Positions 1 through 15,403 of a stretch of DNA of 64,000 nt are shown here, in pieces. The notes below the pieces were generated by a model. It was not told the DNA's origin and did no database searches. It worked only from the letters and a program-made list of their open reading frames with translations. Within the stretch, counting starts at the first letter, position 1. Each line of letters opens with the position of its first letter. Position numbers and translations under genes: made by a program. Source of the stretch: Eledone cirrhosa. Lineage: Eukaryota. The stretch is taken from NCBI GenBank assembly GCA_964016885.1, contig OZ024757.1, positions 17,670,001 to 17,734,000 of the forward strand, read 5' to 3'.

Positions 1-830
1 ACCACAACACCTCTCAACAGCTACAAAGCTCCACAGGCCTGTTTTGGCTATGTCAACATAGACCTCATCAGCCCCCTACCACCTTTGCTGGGCTGCTCAT
101 GCCTGCTTACCATGGTGGACCAATTCACTCATTGACCTGAGGCCATATCCCTGAGTGGCATGGAAACATAAGAAATTACTCGTGCTTTCGTTACAAACTG
201 GGTTGCCTATTCCAGTGTCCTGGATAGCATTACATCAGACCAAGGACCTCAATTCACCTCGAAGCTGAGGAATGTCATGTGTGAGCTTTTTGCCATAAAC
301 ATGAAACACACAACAGCCTATCACCCCCAGTCCAACGGCTTAATCCAGTGATTCCACCATTGCTTGAAGAAGTCCCTTATCACTAGACTTAATAGTCCCT
401 CCTATCTCAACCGGCTGCCATGGGTAATGTTGGGAATCTGCACTGCCCCAAAGAAAGACCTGCACAGTTCGTCCGTTGAAATAGTCCTCTTATTGTACCT
501 GGTGAATTCGTTCCAAATACGAAACCAAATCGTGATACTAAAGAATATCTCAAACAGCTGAGAGACAATGTAAGCCAGTTACACGGACCCCCATGTCAAC
601 ACAGGACACGACAAGTGCAAAGTTTGTGTTCATTCGTCGTGGCATATGGCAAAAACCTTTCAGCCATTGTATGGCAGACCATATGAAGTGATTCATCCAG
701 GGGACAAAACATTTCAACTCCGGATTGGAGGACAATAGGACAAGCTTTCCATAGACAGCTTGAGACCAGCCCACAAAGACATTGATAGACTCATTTAAGT
801 GGTTCAACCATCAAAAAGAGGTCGTCCTAA
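1..830 (+). mobile_element. Degenerate Ty3/Gypsy integrase (3' part of pol)
   Basis: Translation gives VNIDLISPLPP...LLTMVDQFTH*PEAI, ITSDQGPQFTS, TTAYHPQSNGL and LPWVMLGI, the rve-type integrase motifs, with stops and frameshifts. Confidence 0.9.
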
Positions 831-939
831 GCAAGTCACACCACCTCCTAATGATGAACAGTTGCTAAATAGCCAGTTGACTACATGAACAGCAGGAGTA
901 GTGAAGAAATCATATCAGTTCCAGTGACAATCCACAGTC

Positions 940-1139
940 GGGTGGAGGGGGGGTTGAGGTTATGTAGAGTATACAAGCAGGCAGCAAAAAGGTTACGATT
1001 CATGACTGCACCAAGTGATTCCCATAATACAACGGGAGAGAAGGGAAACAACTCTAGCATCTCAGAAAGATAAGTCATGAATAAAGATTTGTTTACCAAA
1101 CACACATTTTAGTGTTGTCTTTTCTCGGTCCATATAGCA
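940..1139 (+). mobile_element. Polypurine tract and probable short 3' LTR of the Gypsy element
   Basis: GGGTGGAGGGGGGG at ~940-953 follows the integrase, then TG..., AATAAA near 1080, and CA near 1139. Boundaries are approximate. Confidence 0.55.
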
Positions 1140-3277
1140 CGACAGATAGATATAGGATCTCTATTAATAAAACACCATAGAAACTTCCTGTTAGATATAC
1201 CCTTGTAGGAGGCTAGGTAAACCTACATAGGTGTGACATGTAACAACATGATAGGATAGGGGCCTCGATCAATAAAACACTAGAGAAACCTCATATACAG
1301 ACTTATGGGATTTCTCAATTCAGTCCGAAGTGAAGATTGAGCACAACAAACCAGATATTGTCATAATTGAGAAGAGAGAAACTGTACCCTCATTGAGTAC
1401 CCCAGGACTTACATATATACAACATACAGAAAATAGTACTACTAGGTACTGTATATATATATTACATAGAGTACCCCCAGGACATATATAAATATGATCG
1501 TGTCTACAAGACATGTATCTGACGGTGTTTCAGCTAACTCTTTACAGTATTAGAACCTTATTGTGTACAGCCACCAACGAGACACCAACAAATGTCCCTT
1601 CACCAACAAAGCAGCTCCCTGATATACAGATATTCAATCCCTACTGGGAGCGTGCTGGCTTCCATAAAAAATCATTAGAGAGGTTTTCCAGAGTTCCTCG
1701 CGATACTGTTATCTTTTACTCTGGTAGTGGCTCGGTTGTCCACCCCTTTACTTTTCAATTTACATACATCTGTATGTATATATATTTGCGTATAATACCA
1801 ATATGCACACTACATATGCTAGCAGAAATAAAGATAACTTTAATTTACTTGAAACGAGGTGCAGCTAAATATAATATATTTTATAATATAAGGTAGTAAA
1901 TAACACAATAAATAGACAGAGGTAATTTAAATAATAAAGACAGTCATGATAACAATATATTTTATATTACATGTAACAGTGGAATCTGGCTATTGAAAAA
2001 TAACACATTTCAGTTTGGAAGTATTTTTCTCTATATATAAAGTGACGAGGGTGAGATATCTTCTCTCAACGTTGTTATATATTTTCACTTTTATATAATT
2101 ACTGTATCGTTGAAAGGTTCACATAATTCTAATATTTACATACATTAATATAGACTTCAAATTAATTTTTGTCAACTTACCTTCTTCACATATAATCAAT
2201 GTGTTGTTTTTACTAAACAACAACAGAAATAATCTCTTTGTTGTTAAATTCGAAGTTTCAATGATTTTATCAGCTTTATTTCACGACATTAACGTTGGTT
2301 GTATCGTCTTCATCTTTTGTCATAAATTGATATCTTGTAAGAATAAAGTAGTGAGGCTGACTTTATGTATTTAGCCACAGATTTGGCAGAAAATATGTAT
2401 ATATTAGGTTGATATGTGGTCTAAAATATATATTGTCCATAAATGACTGATAGCAGATGTTCTGGTGAAATAGTCGTTTTTCTACTTCAGATTATAATGG
2501 AACTCTTAGTAGACACAATTGTAAAGTAAGAATAGATATGGCCGTATGTGCATATATTTAATTGTTATACAAGATATATTAGATTAATTAAAGTTGTAAT
2601 GAAGACAGCAGGTACGCGGTTTCGTTGACACTGTTTCAACTGTCTTACCGGTGTCATAAGTTAAAAGTCCCCCGATACAATTTAATACATTCAGACAGTT
2701 CCAATCGTATCAAGTCGATGGTAAATGAAAAAGCATCACCCAGTAAAATATCAATTATATATCGACGAGGAAACATCTACGTAATATCTCACAGTGTTAG
2801 AAATAGCAGCTATATTATCCATTACAGCTTTGTTTTTTGTTTAAACTCTCTTGAGTTTGGTTATACAATAAACAACAGCAAATCTTTTGTATAAACTGGA
2901 AGACCGTCAGAATATCATTCTCATTTTTGTTATGTATGTATGTATGTATGTTCTTCTGGTTTTATAATTTCACAAATTTTTACCAATAGAGAGAGAGTCG
3001 GTTTCTAACAGACACAAGACTCTCATTGGAATTTACACATCAACGAGGTTGATTATGTATGCATGCATGTGTAGATATGGATGTTATTGTATGTGTGGAT
3101 GTGTATATGCTTTGAGTTGTATGTGTGCATGTGTATATGCTTTGTATCTGTACATGTGTATATGCAGTTATTAGATGCAACATTTTTGGAATGTTTTACA
3201 TATTTTTACTGTTCCATTAATGGATTGTACTTGTAATTTTCTAACTAGTTGTGTTCTTTCTGTTCCTGTGAAGCCTA

Positions 3278-3325
3278 GCTATTATAGGTCTTAATTTGAG
3301 ATCTCAAATTAAGACCTATAATAGC
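3278..3325. repeat. Perfect 48-bp palindrome at the 5' truncation point of the Penelope RT
   Basis: GCTATTATAGGTCTTAATTTGAGA|TCTCAAATTAAGACCTATAATAGC; the right half is RT coding sequence (LKLRPIIA). Confidence 0.95.
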
Positions 3326-4858
3326 AGGCCCCGCTTGCGAAACCCACCGCCTTAGCAACTTCATTGATACCCTTCTCAAGCCTTTTCTCTAACACATCAA
3401 AAGCTATATAAGGGACGACCTAGATATGCTCAATCACCTCCCTAATATGCCCCTTTCTGAACAAACCCTACTAGTGACGTTCGATGTAGTCAACCTATAC
3501 TCCAATATGCCCCACAACCTAGGAATAGAAGCGATCCAATTCTGGCTGGATAATTACCACAATGAACTCCCACAACGCATCAAAAAGGAATTCGTGATAG
3601 AGGGACTCAAATTTATCTTGGAGAACAATTACTTCGTTTTCAATAACAAACCCTACAGGCAGAAATCTGGGACCTCTATGGGAACGAAAACATGCCAACC
3701 TAGTCATGGGATACCTGGAAATCACCCTCTACACTAAAGTACTAAACAAATTTGGAAACACTCTCCACTTACACATAGAAAGGAACTGGAAGCGATATCT
3801 AGATGACTGCTTCATCCTTTGGCACGAAAACATCGAGAAACTTAAAGAATTTCACACCCTTATAAATGGGCTCAACACGAATATTAACTTCACGATGGAA
3901 TACAGCCATCAACAACTCCCCTTCCTCGACATCCTCATTAAGATTCATAACAAAAAAAATAGAAACAGACATATACTACAAGCCCACAGACTCCAAGCAA
4001 TATCTTCCTTTCAACTCTTGCCACCCTAGACACGTTAAAATTAATATTCCCTACAACTTAGCCAAGAGAATCTGTACTATAGTCTCCAATAAAAACACCT
4101 GTTACTTACGGCTACAAGAACTAAAGGACACACTCATAGGCAGGGACTACCCTGCATCACTAATTGACAATGGAATCCAACGTGCCCTAAAACTCAGTAC
4201 CCAGGACCTTAGACACCCTAAAGTAAATCAACCGAAACTAAAAGCTCTTCCATACATCTCCACACACAACCCCCTCAACAATGAGGCCTTTGACACCATC
4301 CTCCAGAACATCCCTGTGTTAAAAAAGGACCATAGAATGAACCAAATCCTACGAACACACGATATCATAAAGAGCAAAAGACAATCTAAGTCAATGAAAA
4401 TCATCCTAACACATGCCAAAGTACTGCCAACCACAACAACGAAACCCACAGTAAAAAAATGCGATAGACCCAACTGTGGCATATGCATCAACCTAATAGA
4501 GGGTTCGGAATTCTATTTCAAAGAAGGACAACGTTTTATAGTAAAACACAATTTCACATGCGCATCAGAAAATCTAATATATGTATTAACTTGCTCAGGT
4601 TGTCGAAAACAATACATAGGCCAGACCAAAAACAGCCTCCGCCAACGCATGACTGTCCATAGATCCCAAATTAAAATACGGGAATACAGGAAAATAACAC
4701 TGAGTGAACACATTGATACCTGTGCCGCCCAAAATCATCCCAACTTCAGAATCTTTCCCCTCTACAAATTTAAAGATAATACCACCCACACCCAGCGCAT
4801 CAGCAAGGAATCTCACTTTATTAACAAATACGGACCCCGTCTAAACACTTCTCCCTAA
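3300..4858 (+). mobile_element. 5'-truncated Penelope-like retroelement (RT + Cys linker + GIY-YIG endonuclease), frameshifted; Neptune-like
   Basis: LRPIIAGPACETHRLSNFID, TFDVVNLYSN, QKSGTSMGT, RYLDD, LPFLD, YYKPTD..YLPFNSCHP, CDRPNCGIC and NLIYVLTCSGCRKQYIGQT across three overlapping ORFs. A long AC-rich 3' region runs to ~6010. Confidence 0.95.
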
Positions 4859-6014
4859 GACGAACCCACAACATACACACGTCAACATACATACCTACAT
4901 CAGCATACATCCTACATACATCTCTATCCACATATAAACACAATGAGATACGTAAACACACATGTTCTATGGTGCAACACAAATATACACAAATTTGCAT
5001 ACCTTTTGATGTCTATAGATATAAATGTGCCGACACACACACATACATATACGCACACATGCATTGCACACTGATGGGCACATACATATTTGTACACAAG
5101 TATTCCAATACGGCAAGGCCTAATGGATTCCCCTTGCAGTACGTACAATCTGGACACTCACACACACCTTGGTCTTATACCAATACTATATATCATTTCA
5201 CACCTTTTATTATTAAGGTTTTTGATGTTCTATTGAGAGAATCGTTTTTACTGAAAATATCGAATAATGTACACCATTTTTACCAGTATCACAAAAATAC
5301 TGGTCCACCCACACACACATATATACACACACACATACACACACTTCTCCGTATAAGACAAGAGCTGAAAAATATCTTTTAACATGTTAAAATATCACCA
5401 CACACGTACAGACACATTCCTACTGACCGATCCCTCTACCACGAATTACTCTGCTACACACACACACACACACACACTTGTCTTAATAGGCATTTGAACT
5501 GTCAGCAGGCTGCGGTTCGCACACACATCCCTGCTGACCATTATCACAACAACGAACCTCTTTACTACTACTACTACTACTACACACACACACACATATT
5601 TGTCTTGAAAGACTTATTTTTCAGTGGCTTCTCAATCAGCCGAGACAAACCTACATTTGGCGCAAAATCAATTTTTAACATTCACATGACCTCTACCGAC
5701 CAATCAAAATTGTTTTGACCACAAGAATTTTTACATACATCTGGAGCCGCTTTTTTTTTACATAAAACAGGTAGAATTTCCAAAACTAATCAGATTAGAG
5801 CAAACATCACGGGCGCACTATCTCAAAATTATATTTGAAAAGCATTAGAAATGAGCAACGGGTAAAACTTAAAACCTAAACTGAATACTAACCAATACAA
5901 TTACTAATTTTTACTTATTCCCAATTAAACTATTTTTCACTGGGAACAATTTGTGAGCATTTTCTTTTCCTTTTGCCAATATATCATAACTCGTGTGTTA
6001 CACCTCTATTCTTT

Positions 6015-6017
<3 letters not shown>

Positions 6018-6051
<34 letters not shown>

Positions 6052-6052
6052 G

Positions 6053-6121
<69 letters not shown>

Positions 6122-6122
6122 G

Positions 6123-6153
<31 letters not shown>

Positions 6154-6176
6154 ATATATATATATACATGTATATG

Positions 6177-6245
<69 letters not shown>

Positions 6246-6262
6246 GTATATATATATATATG
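6018..6262. repeat. (TA)n microsatellite
   Basis: Direct reading. Confidence 0.98.
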
Positions 6263-6264
6263 TC

Positions 6265-6850
6265 TCATGGTCGGGTCGTTGGCGACTAAACTGGCAACCC
6301 CACCAAGGTTTCTTGGTGAGGAGGGTGACTTTGGACATCCTGCAGGACTAAAAACAAAACCTGTCAAAGGGCAAAGGAGCTCTTAAGAGTCAATGGCCAT
6401 CCAAAATCACCGGGAGAGATGACCCCTTTAGCCTTAGTCAAGGCAGAATTCTAGGAGAAGGAAAACTCTGATATAACACCTGCAACCCTGATGGTATCCA
6501 ATGATGTTGACTTGTTCTTCTTTTTGGTAAATAGCATCTTGGTTAAGAGAGTGGGACTGGCTTTGTGCAGTGCCTTTGCTCACTATAAAAGCTTCACGGC
6601 ACAGGCATTGCTTTATATCTGGAGATCTCTCTGCACTTGTCCTCACATGGGCCCAGCACTATGTGTCAATAATTGTCCTACCATGGGCCTAGCACTATGT
6701 GTCAATGATTGTCACAGGTGTAGTGTTTGTACCAGAGGTTTCAAGTCGCTGGCTGGACTAAAAAGTCACACTCGTTCAGCGCTTCGGTAGGGGTTATCCT
6801 ACATGGATGTAAAGTAGTGGCCGTACTCGAAAACGAGTTGGCAGCCACCA
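6265..6850 (+). mobile_element. Non-autonomous RTE-related repeat; related pieces at ~37036-37310 (-), ~42430-42590 (+), ~43130-43412 (+)
   Basis: Shared blocks GGCGACTAAAC.GGCAACCCCACCAA, GAGAGTGGGA.TGGCT and tail GGCC.TACTCGA.AACGAG. Remnant CSVC...LAGLKSH resembles an RTE C-terminus. Confidence 0.65.
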
Positions 6851-6914
6851 TATATATATAAACAGAAAAAATGAAACGAAATTTCATTTCTCATTCTTAG
6901 TGCGGCTGTTACTT

Positions 6915-10280
<3,366 letters not shown>

Positions 10281-10640
10281 TCATCATCATCATCATCATC
10301 ATCAACGTTTAACGTCCGTGTTCCACGCTTGCATGGGTTTGGACGGGGGTAGTCCCACTTGAGGCAAGAGTGATTGTCTTGCTCGCATAGGACTGTCTGG
10401 CAGGTTTTCTACAGTTGGATGCCCTTCCTAACACCAACCACATTTACAGTGTGGGGCTGGGAGGTTTTTACCGTGTTGCCTACACGGCCACATTACAGCG
10501 TGGACTGTGTGTTTTTTTGTCGTGACACCTACACGATCTCATTTGTTTCGGCCTGGATGGTGTGGCACCAACATAACTTTACATAGAACGGGGTGGTGTG
10601 GATGGGGTGGATGTGGATGGTGGGACGGGGTATTTTGTTA
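10281..10640 (-). mobile_element. SINE-like repeat with RTE-type (TGA)n tail; other copies ~19860-20150 (+), ~22440-22703 (+), ~32598-32925 (+), ~33172-33495 (-), ~44163-44330 (+)
   Basis: Near-identical blocks TGGTGTTAGGAAGGGCATCC...ACCCATGCAAGCGTGGAACACGGACGTTAAACG followed by (ATG)n. Confidence 0.85.
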
Positions 10641-10677
10641 GAGATGCCTACTGGCTGTAGTAGGTTTTACTATGTAT

Positions 10678-10972
10678 TTAGGTAAGGCGGGTCTTCTCTG
10701 TTACTGAGTACCGCCAAAGGTCTCGGTCCAGTGACATTGTCTTGGAGAGGTGTAAGTGTGTGAGGTCGGAGTTTATCAGCTCGTCCCAGGTTTTTCTAGG
10801 TCTGCCTATTCCGTGGCTACCGTCTATCTTTATTGCCCTGCACTTTGTTATACAGCTGTCGTCGTTCATGCGCATCACGTGACCATACCAACGTAGCCTT
10901 CTCTCGAGTAAACAACATCTGATCCCTCTTATTTCTAATTTTTTCCTTAGTTCGTTTATGCTTTGCCGTTCA
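10678..10972 (-). mobile_element. RTE LINE 3' fragment; sister fragment at ~22100-22400 (+)
   Basis: [12 protein letters not shown]...GRPRKTWDE, homologous to the C-terminus of the RTE at 57330-59180. Confidence 0.9.
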
Positions 10973-11025
10973 TATATATATACATATATATATGTATACA
11001 TATATATATACATATATATATACAT

Positions 11026-11204
11026 AAAGACAGAAAACGAAGAAAAAGAAAAAGAAGAAATGCATGGAACAAAATAGAGAGATGGAAAGATAGATAAAGA
11101 GAAGAACTTATCTATCTTATCTTTATCTATCTTTATCTATCTTTCCATCTCTCTATTTTGTTCCATGCATTTCTTCTTTTTCTTTTTCTTCGTTTTCTGT
11201 CTTT
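11026..11204. repeat. Inverted repeat, ~75-bp arms
   Basis: AAAGACAGAAAACGAAG...GATAGATAAAGA with its reverse complement ending ...CTTCGTTTTCTGTCTTT. Confidence 0.9.
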
Positions 11205-11354
11205 CTTTCCTTTTTTTCTCTCTTTTTCTCTCTTTCTCTCTCTCTTTCTTTCTCTCTGTGTACAATTTTGTCACTACCAAATCAACCTTCTCAAATGCAA
11301 GTAGATGTTGTTACGGTATGTCGAATCTATTTATCTATAAAACTGTTTATATTG

Positions 11355-11420
11355 TATTTTGTCTGAGGAAGGCATAGCATATTGTTAATATGATATCCCT
11401 GAAATATATATAATGAAATA
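11355..11420 (+). ncRNA. Type I hammerhead ribozyme motif (family A)
   Basis: TATTTTGT CTGAGGA [AGGCATAGCATATT GTT AATATGATATCCCT] GAAA TATATA TA^ ATGAAATA; stems I and II pair, with G-U pairs and two mismatches. Confidence 0.8.
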
Positions 11421-11599
11421 AATATGGTTTTATAAATATAGTTTCCATTTATTTAATATTGTTAATATTGTAAATATACTCCAAATATTTGTCGAGTGCT
11501 TTTATATCAGTTATAAATATTTACTAGTTGTAACCCAACAATTTAAATATAACTTTCCATATATATGTGTATATATATATATGTGTATATATATATATG

Positions 11600-11702
<103 letters not shown>

Positions 11703-11963
11703 GTATGTATATATATATTCAAATCCGGTCGTGGTTAGCTTTGCCTTTCATCTTTACAGGGGCCGATAAAATAAAGTAGCATTAATGCACTGAGGTTGAC
11801 TTAATCGACTTTCCTCTCCCCTACCATTGTTGACGTTGTACCTAAATCAACAACCATTATTTGCTGCAATGTATTAGTTTATTGCTGGGGTTTTACTGGT
11901 CCAGAGCCTGGAACTAGTTGTTGGAACGGTGAGAGTTCAGACATCAGAGTCCCAACTCTTTAT

Positions 11964-12009
<46 letters not shown>

Positions 12010-12095
12010 CGGCAAACAACCTAACCATTTGACAATGCACCCTACACCTGGCTCTTTACTTCCATTTAATTATTATATATATATATATATTATAG

Positions 12096-12140
<45 letters not shown>

Positions 12141-12198
12141 CAGCGATGAATTAGTTTTGCGAGGTTTTTGATATGAAATTGTGTGTCAAAACAAATAT

Positions 12199-12518
12199 TG
12201 TTATACACGCAAACGCATGCGCAGAGAAGACAAAAAAAAAAAAAAATAAATAAATAAACAGACTAAATAAAGATGGCGTAGCACCACTGACGATGTTGCA
12301 GATGTGCAACGAAAGAACTTTATTAGACTATATATATGTGTTTGTGTCTACATTGTATCTGTATTTTTGACCGTTGGTCAGTCAATGGTAACATTGAGGA
12401 CCGAATAAATTAAATTAACCGATACAAAAGACACAGAAGCGAAAACCAAGCAAACAGTGAGTGTGTTCTGTTATTATTCTGGCAATATTATTACACAAAT
12501 ATGACCCTCCCTAAGTAT

Positions 12519-12522
<4 letters not shown>
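12199..12522. mobile_element. Solo-LTR-like or MITE-like element with TGTTATAC...GTATAACA termini
   Basis: 8-bp terminal inverted repeats (TG..CA), ATAT on both flanks, internal TATA and AATAAA. End fragments recur at 12822-12877, ~32959-33000 and 42633-42800. Confidence 0.6.
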
Positions 12523-12556
<34 letters not shown>

Positions 12557-12592
12557 TTTTAAAATCCAAATTCAATAAACAGACCAGGATTT

Positions 12593-12652
12593 TTTCATTC
12601 TGAGGATTGAAAGCAAAATCTTTTGCTTTTAAGAAACCACTGGTAAATGGAA
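12593..12652 (+). ncRNA. Type I hammerhead ribozyme motif, GUA cleavage triplet
   Basis: TTTCATT CTGAGGA [TTGAAAGCAAA ATCT TTTGCTTTTAA] GAAA CC ACT GG TA^ AATGGAA; all three stems pair and the core is intact. Confidence 0.85.
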
Positions 12653-13564
12653 TAATTGCCTTATGTTGTTTATTACATAACTATTAAGCTCTGTTACCTA
12701 CATAGAGCACTCTTTTTTCCTGGACTTTTCCGACGGAATTACTTCATTTATATATATATATAATTCGTTTTTGAATTTGTTTTACGAGATTTCTTATCTG
12801 AAAATGGGTGTTGAAACATATTGTTATACTTTGGTGTCTGTGTTTTTATTGGCAACATGACCCTCCCAAAGTATAACTATATATTTTATGGCATTTTTTA
12901 AAACATGATGGAGCTCATCTCCGCTCCAGTTTTGAACACAGCAGATTTCCTCCAGAGAAGAACAGAGAGTGAGAGAATAGAAGTGAGAAAGAGACTTAGA
13001 AGAAGAATCGACACCAGTACATGACTGGTGATTTTTTTTATCGACCTCAAAAATATGAAAGGCAAAGTTGACCTTAGTGGGATTTGAGAGAGCAGAGATC
13101 CAGGACAAAGAGCACAGAACATGCTACGAGGGGCGGCTGAGAGGTTCATGGGTTGACTTAGATACTCTCATGGAATGACCAAATGAGGCTTATTTTTCAA
13201 AAAGGTCCCCCAAAAGAAACAATACAGTTATTAATAAGAAGAGTTGAAATTAATGCATGCAAGATTTCACAACTTTATCATCACCCCTTCATAATCGGCC
13301 TATGAACTTTTCAGCTGATGTTCTAACGACCCTGCCAATTTACTAATTAAGCTAATAACCGTATTAATTTTACTCTAAATTTAAAACCAGCTTAGAATAA
13401 AGTGTTGGTCAATCAAATGTTTAATCTTTGAGATTTAATGAGTTTCATTTTGTTTAGTTAGTTCTTCCATTGAAAATATGATGATAAGTTCATTATGGTA
13501 ATTTTTGATAATAGTGTCGTGAAGAGTGTGGCTTAGTGGTTTGAGTGCTCAGCTCACAATAGTG

Positions 13565-13633
<69 letters not shown>

Positions 13634-13706
13634 AAGTTGAGAGAGCGAGCGTAATAATAATAAATGTGAAGACTAAAGTCTGTTATTTTAATATAATATA
13701 TATATT

Positions 13707-13876
13707 TTGGCACAAGGCCAGCAATTACCCAGTGTATTACTGGTACTTTATTATATCGACCCTATAAGGATGAAAGGCAAAGTTAACCTCGGCGGGATTT
13801 GAACTCAGACCATAAGGGGCCGTAACTCTTTTCTGCAAAGCATGGCGTCCGACCCTCTACCGATACTGCCAATCCA
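13707..13876 (-). mobile_element. tRNA-derived SINE family; copies ~30593-30703 (+), ~39690-39800 (+), ~42874-43057 (+), ~46326-46472 (-), ~46505-46645 (-), ~53527-53705 (-), diverged ~11720-11858 (+)
   Basis: A-box-like TGGCAGTATCGGTAG, B-box GAGTTCAAATCC, body GAGGTTAACTTTGCCTTTCATCCTT...GGTCGATAAAATAAAGTACCAG. Confidence 0.85.
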
Positions 13877-13892
13877 CATATAATATAATATA

Positions 13893-13937
<45 letters not shown>

Positions 13938-13991
13938 TGTGTATGTGTGTCTATGTATACATGTGTGTGTACACATGTAGTAACTGTAATG

Positions 13992-14031
<40 letters not shown>

Positions 14032-14630
14032 CACCTGTAGCATGACATGTTGACAGCAACAGCTATAGGTGCGTGTCATTATCAAATATATGGAGAGATA
14101 TTAAGTTTCTAAGAGGTCTTGATGAAGCTGTCCTGAAGAACGTTGTCATGGCAACCGGCTGCTACATCAGCAGCAGTGAGCACCTGGGGATAGTTTACAT
14201 TCAAGGTTCTTCTTAGGCGAGAGATTCCACCGTGTAAATCAATCAATGCATACACACACACACACCCTCACACACAGGCACACACACACACACACACACA
14301 CAGGCACAGAGGCACACACACACACACACAGGCACACACACTCACACACACAGGCCACACACACTCACTCACACACAGGCACACACACAGACAGACAGAC
14401 ACACACATATATATATATGTGTATACCCTTCATTAGGAATGTATACCCCCCGCCAGTCTGTATATATATATGTGTGTATGTATATATATATATATATGCA
14501 GAAGTTATATTTAATTTGTTGGGATTCCAACAAACTTAAAAGTTTATAACTGATATAAAGCACTCAACAATTTACTGGAGTAAATATTCAATATATTAAT
14601 AAATGGAAACTATATTTATAAAACCATAAT

Positions 14631-14694
14631 TATTTTATTATATATATTTCAAGGGCAACAAGGCAGTCTTGGTGCGCTTTCATCAGATAAAATA
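14631..14694 (-). ncRNA. Type I hammerhead ribozyme motif (family A), left arm of a fold-back at ~14640-14830
   Basis: Reverse strand: TATTTTAT CTGATGA [AAGCGCACCAAG ACTGC CTTGTTGCCCTT] GAAA TATATA TA^ ATAAAATA, with a perfect 8-bp stem I. The mirror + strand copy (core 14787-14793) has lost its cleavage site by deletion. Confidence 0.85.
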
Positions 14695-15403
14695 CAAAAT
14701 TTGTTTTATAAATATTGACATAACTGTGGAAAACAACCTTGACGGTTATGTCAATATTTATAAAACAAATTTTTTTTGTATTTTATCTGATGAAAGCGCA
14801 CCAAGACTGCCTTGGATGCCCTTGAAATATAGTTTCCATTTATTAATATATTGTATATATATGTGTGTGTATATATATATATGTGTATGTATACATATAT
14901 ATATATAGAGAGAGAGATATATATATATATACGTATGCATACTTACATTTATGTATCAGCTGTGTTAGGGCGCGAAATAAAATTTAATCTTATTTTTAAT
15001 ATTCAGCAAGGCCAGCCGTAACTCGCCCGGTATGCAAATGAGGCTACTCAGCCGATGTGTACTTAAGAAAATACTATATATTTTCAACCATTCAACACGT
15101 TGGCAGTGGTATACAGTCCTGATCAAGAGTAATGACCCAGAAACAAGTTGATTGTTCCTCAAAGCCAGTGCTGAACAAACGGATGACAAATTGTCGTCGG
15201 CACGGCACAGCTTTAATCAGGGCGTTTGTTTACAAATGAATTGAAAGTTATTATTAATGTTAGATATAACCCATGCGTAAATATGTATATGTATACACAC
15301 ACACACATATACATGTGTGTGTGGGTACGTATGCATACTTACATATATATATATATATGTGTGTGTACGTATGCATACTTACATATATATATATCTATAT
15401 ATA

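Noticed and set aside
12281-12326. CTGACGA-T-GTTGCA/TGCAAC-GAAA hammerhead-like core
   Set aside because: Stem II pairs but no stem I can be formed, so it is not counted.
15114-15154. Hammerhead-like motif in a relative of the 22750 family
   Set aside because: Core mutated (CTGATCA) and stem II unpaired; treated as a decayed copy.
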